From an uncultured bacterium (GTDB lineage Bacteria > Zixibacteria > MSB-5A5 > UBA10806): DNA of 10,638 bases. Position numbers and translations under genes: made by a program. Each line of letters begins with the position of its first letter. The stretch's first letter is position 1. This document shows, in pieces, positions 1-7,181 of this stretch. Under the pieces are notes generated by a model. The model ran no database searches. It worked only from the letters and a program-made list of their open reading frames with translations, and was not told where the DNA came from. The stretch lies in NCBI GenBank assembly GCA_965541585.1, contig CBEUCH010000033.1, positions 1 through 10,638 of the forward strand. The letters are read 5' to 3'.

Positions 1-7
1 TAGCCAA

Positions 8-1126
8 ATGCCTGCTGTCAGCTTTTCAGATAAATTTAGTGGCGTCGGCCGCGAATATCTTCTGCAGACATCCTTGAATGAAATGAATCGCGGCATAAGC
101 TGCTCGCTGTTCAGCTCCGGTCATCTTCTAACCAGCCGCACACTGCCATCCCCTGAAAACATGATCGGTCTTGAATTATCGCAGGCGGTTCAGGAGATTC
201 ACCGGCAGTATCTTGCGGATTTCAGATCCCTTTTTGGATTGATCGAACGCATCAAAGATTCCGATAGACCTGAATTGATCGAGAAGCTGGGCAAGATTCT
301 GTATTCAAAGAGCCTATATAACGAAGGTATGGAGCTTCTGGTATCGGCGCTTGATAGGCACCCCGAATATCCCGGACTGAGAATTCTTCTCGGAAAAATA
401 TATCTGGCGCTGGGAAGTTTCCCGGAGGCCGAAAGAGAACTTCTCCACGCTGTGCGGCTTGCACCGGAATATCCCGATCTTAGAAACCTCCTGGGAGTCG
501 CGTACCTGAAACTGAGAAGACCCACGGCGGCAATTGACGAGTTCAAAAAGGCGGCATCTATCAACATATATTTCCATAATGCCTATTTCAATCTGGGCCT
601 CGGCTATATTCAGAATGGTATTGTTAAAGAGGACTTCAATATCGCCAAGAATCTCGTTCAAAACTGTGACATGGCGTTCGGGAAAGCGACCATGTTCAAT
701 CCCGGATACCTGACCGGAGATTACGAACAGGGAAGGCTATACCTGGCTCGGGGAAGGCTGGAGGAAGCTTTTGAAATCCTGAGCAGGGTCGCTGACCTGA
801 ACGGCTCCCCCGATTCTCATGATAAATTGCTGGAGATGTATCTGCGATACGTTCACGGCGACGGCGGAATGACAGAAGAGGGTATATCAAAATACGTCGA
901 TGAATTAAGGGATTTTGTGAAGGGGAATCCCGGGTACGCTGATCTGCAGAACGAGCTGGGGTTGGCCTACACTGTTATGGCCAAGTTTATGAATGACAAA
1001 GCGATAAGGCATTTCGATGAGGCCCTGAAAATAAATTCCGGTTTTTCGAGGGCGCTTAAAAACCTCAAGCTCGCCGAGAATGATCTGAAAGGATTTGAAA
1101 TACTCTTAGAAGCAATATTCAAATGA
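8..1126 (+). CDS. Tetratricopeptide repeat protein with a non-TPR N-terminal domain
   Basis: 372 aa ORF with repeated TPR signatures (HPEYPGLRILLGKIY, APEYPDLRNLLGVAY, NAYFNLGLGY, NPGYADLQNELGLAY, FDEALKINSGF). The frame is open to the window edge, so the true start could lie upstream. Confidence 0.85.
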   Translation: MPAVSFSDKFSGVGREYLLQTSLNEMNRGISCSLFSSGHLLTSRTLPSPENMIGLELSQAVQEIHRQYLADFRSLFGLIERIKDSDRPELIEKLGKILYSKSLYNEGMELLVSALDRHPEYPGLRILLGKIYLALGSFPEAERELLHAVRLAPEYPDLRNLLGVAYLKLRRPTAAIDEFKKAASINIYFHNAYFNLGLGYIQNGIVKEDFNIAKNLVQNCDMAFGKATMFNPGYLTGDYEQGRLYLARGRLEEAFEILSRVADLNGSPDSHDKLLEMYLRYVHGDGGMTEEGISKYVDELRDFVKGNPGYADLQNELGLAYTVMAKFMNDKAIRHFDEALKINSGFSRALKNLKLAENDLKGFEILLEAIFK

Positions 1127-1833
1127 AAAACCAGAAGAACAAGCAAACACTTATATCGCTTTACGATAAGGAATCGTCTACGGCTACAGAGATCAGGCGC
1201 ATATATACCGGCCTGAGATCTGCAGCTGATAAAGAGAAGCTCCAGAGCGTACTTGTGACGTCTGCCACCATCGGGGAGGGCAAATCTGTCACATGTTCTT
1301 TTCTGGCCATGACCGCCGCTTCGCTGAGCAAATCGAAGGTGGCCTTGATCGATTTCGATCTGAGAAGGCCGAGGATTCATGATTATTTCGGGATCGGTAC
1401 CTGTCCCGGTATCGGTGAAGTGTTGACAGGAAAAACGAACATAAAAAACGTATCCCGGAAGACATCCTTCCAGGATCTTACCGTGATAACCTCCGGTAAC
1501 GTGACCGGATCACCCAGCGATATCCTGGATCAGGCCGATATCCCCGGATTGCTGCAGGAATTGGTATTCTACTTTGATTTCATAGTCATCGATTCCCCTC
1601 CGGTTATTCCAGTCTCCGATCCCCTGCTAATAGCTGGTCATGCGGATGGCGTTCTTCTGGTGGTCAAGGCCGGCTCAACACAAAGAGAAGTAGTCAACCG
1701 GGCAATAAGTCTATTGTCGAATTCCGGAATAAAACCTCTCGGAATAGTCTTGAACGATTACGAAGATGTGCTGCCTTATTATTATAAAGATCATTATTAC
1801 GGATATAAATACTGGCCTCAGAAACCCAAGTAG
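1123..1833 (+). CDS. CpsD/CapB-family bacterial tyrosine kinase (BY-kinase), cytoplasmic stand-alone form
   Basis: Walker A SATIGEGKS, Walker A' LIDFDLRRP, Walker B VIDSPP, and a C-terminal Tyr cluster YEDVLPYYYKDHYYGYKY (8 Tyr). ATGA overlap with the TPR gene. No transmembrane segment. Confidence 0.93.
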   Translation: MKNQKNKQTLISLYDKESSTATEIRRIYTGLRSAADKEKLQSVLVTSATIGEGKSVTCSFLAMTAASLSKSKVALIDFDLRRPRIHDYFGIGTCPGIGEVLTGKTNIKNVSRKTSFQDLTVITSGNVTGSPSDILDQADIPGLLQELVFYFDFIVIDSPPVIPVSDPLLIAGHADGVLLVVKAGSTQREVVNRAISLLSNSGIKPLGIVLNDYEDVLPYYYKDHYYGYKYWPQKPK

Positions 1834-2053
1834 ATAACTTGGGGAATTTATCCATGTGCATCATTTTTGCAAAATATTGCATAATAGATCGCAGTAGTCC
1901 ACGAAAAAGGAAACTCTGCCGGTTTCTAGACCAGCAATCTTAGCCCCGGGCTTTCCAGCAGATCTGCCTAACTTATAATTTGCAAAGAACTTATATCATC
2001 CCCTGCTTGGCCCGTCGCATAAGGCGATAATTCTCTTCCTGTTACCTTGCCGA

Positions 2054-2069
2054 TGGCAATGATTTTGCA
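2054..2069 (+). promoter_or_regulatory. sigma54 (RpoN) -24/-12 promoter of the PGT gene
   Basis: TGGCAATGATTTTGCA: exact GG-N10-GC spacing with TGGCA and TTGCA flanks, ending 47 nt before ATG 2117. Confidence 0.75.
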
Positions 2070-2116
2070 ATTCCCGCATACTTGATAAGGTATACAGGAA
2101 CTTCAGAATTGACACA

Positions 2117-3016
2117 ATGAGATACGTAAATCCAGTTTCAAATCCCCTGGCCCACTACTGGGAGGAAGAGCTCACAGGTTTTTGGGGTATATGGCTCCGA
2201 TTGCGGGGAAAGGGCAGGCGACTTTTTGGCAACTTTCTGGGTGAGATAATTCTCGCCAATCTGTATATGGTCTCAGAGCTGGTCGTCAACCAGGCCTCAT
2301 TTATCGCTTTGCGCTTCAGGCTGGCGAGGATCGCTTCCCTGATAAATCCCAGGGCGATGGCCAAGAGAACGATCGATGTTCTGGGCGCCTCCTTTGGCCT
2401 GGTGATAAGCGTACCACTGTGGATTGTGATTCCTCTGGCTGTCAGGCTGGATAGTAAAGGTCCCGCATTCTATTCTCAAGTACGAGTCGGACAGAACCGC
2501 CGCCGGAAAAGCAGGCGAGGCGTCTTGATCGATAGTCTGGAGAGGCGAATCAACGGTAACCGCCGCCAACAAACCGGCCGGGGAAAACCCTTTAGAATTG
2601 TCAAATTCAGAACCATGTACCAGGATGCCGAGAGGCAATCCGGTCCGGTTTGGGCAACGCATGACGACCCGAGAATAACCCGTATCGGGCGCATCCTGAG
2701 AAAGACCCGGCTCGATGAGGTCCCGCAACTCTTTAATGTTCTAATCGGCGATATGAGCCTTGTGGGTCCGCGCCCGGAGCGTCCTTACTTTGTGGAAAGA
2801 TTGGATGGCACTTTTGAGAATTATCGGAAACGTTTTAAGGTTAAGCCCGGCATCACCGGTTTAGCGCAAGTAGAGCACAAATATGATGAAACCCTTGATG
2901 ATGTCAATTTCAAGCTGAAATACGATCTGACCTATATCAGAAACTGGAACATCACACAGGATATCAAGATCATGCTTAAGACTATTGTGGTGGTTTTGAC
3001 AGCAAAGGGTATGTAA
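2117..3016 (+). CDS. Monotopic phosphoglycosyl transferase (Bac_transf family; initiating Und-P sugar-1-phosphate transferase)
   Basis: KRTIDV, hydrophobic helix with Pro, DSKGPAFYSQVRVG, KFRTM, DPRITRIGRILRKTRLDEVPQLFNVLIGDMSLVGPRPE (DE dyad), VKPGITGLAQV, DLTYI. Start uncertain (alternatives at 2267 and 2357). Confidence 0.95.
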   Translation: MRYVNPVSNPLAHYWEEELTGFWGIWLRLRGKGRRLFGNFLGEIILANLYMVSELVVNQASFIALRFRLARIASLINPRAMAKRTIDVLGASFGLVISVPLWIVIPLAVRLDSKGPAFYSQVRVGQNRRRKSRRGVLIDSLERRINGNRRQQTGRGKPFRIVKFRTMYQDAERQSGPVWATHDDPRITRIGRILRKTRLDEVPQLFNVLIGDMSLVGPRPERPYFVERLDGTFENYRKRFKVKPGITGLAQVEHKYDETLDDVNFKLKYDLTYIRNWNITQDIKIMLKTIVVVLTAKGM

Positions 3017-3039
3017 TAGCAATTAAAGGTACTTACCGC

Positions 3040-3063
3040 AAGGGGAGAGGCTCCCCTTTTTTT
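3040..3063 (+). terminator. Intrinsic terminator after the PGT gene
   Basis: AAGGGGAG-AGG-CTCCCCTT hairpin running into a 7-T tract (3057-3063). Confidence 0.75.
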
Positions 3064-3070
3064 ATATCCA

Positions 3071-3097
3071 TAAACTGCTTGCGCCGGATGCCGATAT
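3071..3097 (+). promoter_or_regulatory. sigma28 (FliA/SigD/WhiG)-like promoter
   Basis: TAAA(3071-3074)-N15-GCCGATAT(3090-3097) versus consensus TAAA-N15-GCCGATAA; lies just after the terminator and faces the PEGA gene. Confidence 0.55.
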
Positions 3098-3344
3098 TAA
3101 TTATGCTAATAGCTTGAAAGAAATTAAGATACGTGTCCATTTCATCAAATTCGATCTGGAGGCGTAAGGAATTAGAGGGGGAATCGAGGAGGGGATCGCA
3201 AAATCTCCAAAAGATGAATTTCATATCGATTTTCGCATGTTAGATTAATTCAAATACGAATGTGGCTCTCGTTTATCCAACGATTGCCCGAATGTCGGGC
3301 CGGAATTGATCCGGTCAGCCTAAGCTTTAGTCGGGAGAATTAAG

Positions 3345-4052
3345 ATGGGGATCAAGAAATCGACTCTTGCAATCGTCGGAGCTCTGGCTCTCTCATGGTC
3401 GATGTCATGGGCGCAGGATGAAAGCAGGATATTAATTTCAACCAGACCGCCCGGAGCCACGCTGTATCTTTATGGAGCGCACGATCTGGTGGCAAATACT
3501 CCGGCGCGGTTGCCTTCAGACTTATCGGGGCGATACAAGGCGAAGATAACCAGGCCCGGATATGAAAACTGGAAAGGCGAATTGACCTTCGTCCCGGGAG
3601 GGCTCAACGATATCGATATCAAGTTAAGCGAGAAAACTCGTTTGAAAGCCGCATTGCGATCTCTCTTTATGCCGGGCTGGGGACAGATATACTCCGGAAA
3701 TTCATTTCGAGGGAGCCTGTTCACTAGCGGGGTGATCGTCTCGGCCACGGCCGCCTATCTGGCCGACAGACAATACCAGAAAAAACGCTCTGATTATGAT
3801 ATTGCTTTAGTTGACTACTTCGCGGCATCATCTATCGAAGACCGTGTTCGTGCCAAGGCAAATTTGAATGAGAAGCAGAAGACGGCCTACGATGCCGAGA
3901 CGGATCGCAGGACGGTCCTTGTAATCGGGGCTGCACTCTGGGCTCTCAACGTCATCGATGTGCTGATCTTCTTCCCGGAAGATGATGTTTTCTACCCCGC
4001 GGTTACCTCGCTGGGTGACGGCATAGCGATTTCGGTTACTGCCAGGTTTTAG
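3345..4052 (+). CDS. Exported PEGA-domain protein with DUF5683-like C-terminal region
   Basis: Signal peptide (…SWSMSWA|QD); PEGA-like ISTRPPGATLYL…NTP…GRYKAKITRPGYENW; AALRSLFMPGWGQIYSG motif; two hydrophobic helices; C-terminal Phe; GGGAG RBS. Confidence 0.8.
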   Translation: MGIKKSTLAIVGALALSWSMSWAQDESRILISTRPPGATLYLYGAHDLVANTPARLPSDLSGRYKAKITRPGYENWKGELTFVPGGLNDIDIKLSEKTRLKAALRSLFMPGWGQIYSGNSFRGSLFTSGVIVSATAAYLADRQYQKKRSDYDIALVDYFAASSIEDRVRAKANLNEKQKTAYDAETDRRTVLVIGAALWALNVIDVLIFFPEDDVFYPAVTSLGDGIAISVTARF

Positions 4053-4061
4053 GGGGCGGTC

Positions 4062-6215
4062 ATGAATCCAAGAATACTAACGTCGATAGTTGTGCTGGGG
4101 GCGCTGGCCGTAAGTTTCGGATGCTCCCGGAATATACCTGACCCGGTTTCGCCTCCATTAACTGACGTAGTGCCGGAAACTCCTTTCGACCTGATCGCTA
4201 CCGTAGGTGATGGCGCTGTCAGCCTGTCATGGTCTGTGGTCGATTCTCTTTCGGAGTCAACCTATCGAATATATGTATCCGATTCCGCGGGAGTGGAATA
4301 CTCTATGACAGGCGCAACCACTGAGTTTTCGTATGTGGTTGGGAATCTCCGGAATGGCGATACCTATTTTTTCAGAGTGTCATCCGTGGACAGCGATGGT
4401 TTTGAGGGGTACAGAAGCGATCCTGTATCCGCAGTCCCTAATCTCTATGGAATCACTATCAATAATGGAAATGATTATGCCGGCGAAAGAGATGTCGCAC
4501 TTACCCTGACAGCCCCGGATAATACCAATTTGATGCAGATAGCAGACGATTCTACTTTTCCGGGATCGCAGTGGGAGAGCTTTGCTCCTTTGAAGGCTTT
4601 TCGACTGGCAGGTGGTGATGGTGTAAAAACAGTCTACTGCCGCTTCCGCGATGCCTCGGATATGAGAACATCCGGCCATTTCAGCGATAACGTTACACTC
4701 GATACTCAAAGTTTTATAGACTCGTTGAGATTCACGCCGGCAGGCGCGCCATTCTCGCCCGGCGCAACCGTGCATTTCAGCCTCTACGCCGACGAAACGG
4801 ACGGTGAAGGAACCGTAGTTGTAGGGAATGATATCCTCAACCTGACATTGCTCGATAACGGCGAGAGGGGAGATGCCCTGGCGGGCGATGGTGTCTACGA
4901 GCTCGATTATTCAATAGATCTGGATCTCGACTTTGAAGACCTGATAGTGTACGGAGATTTCGTCGATCGCACCGGGAACTCCGCAGCCCGGATTCAGGCG
5001 AACGCCACCATGACTGTCAGGAGGCCGCCCGATGCAGTAAATATTTACAGCATCATCGCCCCGGATGGATTCTTCGATCGCCTGCAGATTAGCTGGAACC
5101 CCTCCAGTGCTCCGGATTTCGCCCAGTACAGGGTCTATAGAGATACCTCCGCCGGTGTGGATTCGAGCGATTATCTGGCGAGAACGATAACTTCATCAGG
5201 TACCGTTAATGCTGTCGATACGGAATTGGAGGAAAATACCCGGTATTATTACAGGGTCTATGTCATGGATAATACCGCTTTGATGACCGGTTCCAACGAG
5301 GCGGACGCTCTAACCGCCCAGGATCTGCCCCCTGATCCGGTGGAGCTTTACCCACCGGTAGCCACTCCCGGGACATATGACAGGCTGGAGCTATCGTGGT
5401 CCGAATCGAACGGCAATGATTTCTTAAGATACGAGCTTTATCGTTCATATGATTCTGCAGTTGATTCTCTGGATGTGCTGTTGTTTACGTCGAATTCGCA
5501 GGAATCGTTCATTGATACCGATCTTGCCGCCGATTCAGTCTATTATTATGGCGTCGTGGCCCGTGATATCGCCGGTAATATTTCGTGGTCGAATATCATG
5601 AGCGGCAGGACCAATGCCGATGATCCTCCTTCGCCGGTTGCTCTGTTGCCTGTAGCGGTCGAACCGGACGGATATCAGGACGTTGCGCTTGAATGGAGCG
5701 GGTCCGACGATGACGATTTTGAATCTTACAGGTTATTCCGATGGCAGGAGGATTTGGGGAGAGCGGATAGTGCGCTTGTATTCCTGACCGCCGACATTGG
5801 AATCACCTCCTTTATGGATCATCCGCCGTTCAACACGGTGGAGGACACTGTCAATTTCTGGTATATACTTCATCTGTTCGACGAGGGCGGCAACAGCGCT
5901 GCCTCTGACACTGTTCGTGTACATCTGATCGATAATGATCCGCCTCCGGTTTCGGGATCCGTCACGCCATCGGACAGCTCCTTAATAGCAGCCTGGTCGA
6001 CTTCAGATATTCCCGATTTCGCCAGTTATCGCCTGCTCAGAGATACCGACGCCGATACCTCGGGTGCGCTCACAATCTTCGTGACTGCGAATCAGGAGGT
6101 GACATCCTATACCGATGAGTCTACGGTAGATGACCAGATATACTATTACTGGCTCGATATCTACGACGTTCGCAATAACAGCACCCTGTCATTGTTGGGG
6201 AGCGGATCCTGGTAA
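4062..6215 (+). CDS. Acidic lipoprotein with fibronectin type III-like repeats
   Basis: Lipobox-like AVSFG|C (Cys21); one N-terminal and four C-terminal FN3-like units (SW…Y.[VL]YR…YYY.V…D..GN); very D/S/T-rich. Confidence 0.85.
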   Translation: MNPRILTSIVVLGALAVSFGCSRNIPDPVSPPLTDVVPETPFDLIATVGDGAVSLSWSVVDSLSESTYRIYVSDSAGVEYSMTGATTEFSYVVGNLRNGDTYFFRVSSVDSDGFEGYRSDPVSAVPNLYGITINNGNDYAGERDVALTLTAPDNTNLMQIADDSTFPGSQWESFAPLKAFRLAGGDGVKTVYCRFRDASDMRTSGHFSDNVTLDTQSFIDSLRFTPAGAPFSPGATVHFSLYADETDGEGTVVVGNDILNLTLLDNGERGDALAGDGVYELDYSIDLDLDFEDLIVYGDFVDRTGNSAARIQANATMTVRRPPDAVNIYSIIAPDGFFDRLQISWNPSSAPDFAQYRVYRDTSAGVDSSDYLARTITSSGTVNAVDTELEENTRYYYRVYVMDNTALMTGSNEADALTAQDLPPDPVELYPPVATPGTYDRLELSWSESNGNDFLRYELYRSYDSAVDSLDVLLFTSNSQESFIDTDLAADSVYYYGVVARDIAGNISWSNIMSGRTNADDPPSPVALLPVAVEPDGYQDVALEWSGSDDDDFESYRLFRWQEDLGRADSALVFLTADIGITSFMDHPPFNTVEDTVNFWYILHLFDEGGNSAASDTVRVHLIDNDPPPVSGSVTPSDSSLIAAWSTSDIPDFASYRLLRDTDADTSGALTIFVTANQEVTSYTDESTVDDQIYYYWLDIYDVRNNSTLSLLGSGSW
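5025..6200 (+). repeat. Four ~100-aa FN3-like protein-level repeats
   Basis: Units start at PPDAV (5025), PPDPV (5328), PPSPV (5625) and PPPV (5940), each with W..S…DF..Y…R; spacing 303, 297 and 315 nt. Confidence 0.8.
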
Positions 6216-6216
6216 T

Positions 6217-7083
6217 ATGAGGTATACGGCTTTACAAAAAATCAATCTCTTTGCCGCGATATACGGAAGAATGTTTGCGGCGATTATTAAACCCGGGATA
6301 TGGTTTCCATTTCTTATTCTGGCTTTGTTCCAGACTGTCGGCCTTTATGGATTTGCAAGATTTTATCTTCCCGGATGGAATAGCGTTTTATATCCTATTC
6401 TTTCAAACTTTATTCCACTGATCATGCCGAGTTTCAATCCTGCGGTCATACTGCATTACCCCCAATATTATCTTGCTTTGCCTTTCATCTATTCCGGATT
6501 TGACAATTTTATCCTCGGCCCCACGGCATGGGTTGTGCTTTCGGCGGTGGCGGTTTATAAGTTTGGCGGCCACTATGACGACAAAAATCTCCCGCTCACA
6601 GAAGGATTCGGAAGAGCGTTTCGTTCATATTTGCCGCTACTGGCATTCTGGGCGATAGAGACAGCCATCGTTCTTATGGTTCTCCTGCTACCCTCTCTGC
6701 TTCTGAAGTCCTTTGTCGTGGGATCGCCCAACCGCAAAATCGCTCTCGATTTCGGACTGCAGGTCGTGGGATTCGGATTCTCGGCCTTTCTGCTGTATAC
6801 GATCCCCGGTATTATGATCGGAGGTAAAGGGCTGGGATCGGCGATTTCTAAGAGCCTTCGCCTCTGTCGGGATAATTTCTTTTTGACCTTTTTCATTATC
6901 TTCATCCCGGCATTTCTAAATGTTATCCTGAATCTTATTCTATCTGATTTCTCGCCGCGCATAATCCAGCTTCTGAATCCCGAGCTGATAATTGCGCTTC
7001 TCGGTTTGCAGATAGGGATAGGTATATTCATAAATCTTTTCATCTACGGTGCCGCTGTTTTCACGTATAAAGAGATAGCCTGA
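6217..7083 (+). CDS. Polytopic integral membrane protein of unknown function (288 aa)
   Basis: About 6 hydrophobic segments separated by basic loops (GFGRAFRSY, SAISKSLRLCRDNF). Start reassigned from 6130 to ATG 6217, one base after the lipoprotein stop, which removes an 86-nt overlap. Confidence 0.75.
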   Translation: MRYTALQKINLFAAIYGRMFAAIIKPGIWFPFLILALFQTVGLYGFARFYLPGWNSVLYPILSNFIPLIMPSFNPAVILHYPQYYLALPFIYSGFDNFILGPTAWVVLSAVAVYKFGGHYDDKNLPLTEGFGRAFRSYLPLLAFWAIETAIVLMVLLLPSLLLKSFVVGSPNRKIALDFGLQVVGFGFSAFLLYTIPGIMIGGKGLGSAISKSLRLCRDNFFLTFFIIFIPAFLNVILNLILSDFSPRIIQLLNPELIIALLGLQIGIGIFINLFIYGAAVFTYKEIA

Positions 7084-7144
7084 CATATCTCACCTGATAT
7101 CTGCTCAGAGCGGTATATTTCCCTGCGCTCCTGCTGCTATTGCG

Positions 7145-7174
7145 TTGATAAAGACGGCATTTTACCGATACACT
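7145..7174 (+). promoter_or_regulatory. Possible sigma70 promoter giving a leaderless transcript
   Basis: TTGATA-N18-TACACT; ATG 7182 follows after 7 nt; no SD sequence. Confidence 0.4.
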
Positions 7175-7181
7175 ATATGAT

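Noticed and set aside
1825..1843. Hairpin CCCAAGT-AGATA-ACTTGGG over the kinase stop codon
   Set aside because: No U-tract follows, so it is not supportable as an intrinsic terminator.
2109..2114. Perfect TTGACA hexamer (another at 8936-8941)
   Set aside because: Neither has a credible -10 box at 16-18 nt spacing.
3033..3224. Intergenic minus-strand short ORFs (63 aa here; 62 aa at 8971-9159 and 1694-1882)
   Set aside because: No recognisable motifs, and they overlap terminator, promoter or coding elements of the + strand.
6130..6216. ORF-track start of the membrane protein at 6130
   Set aside because: Overlaps the lipoprotein gene by 86 nt with an implausible sequence; ATG 6217 directly after the upstream stop is more likely.
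7149..7171. TAAA…ACCGATAC as a second sigma28 promoter (similar at 8932-8960)
   Set aside because: Spacers are 11 and 17 nt rather than 15.
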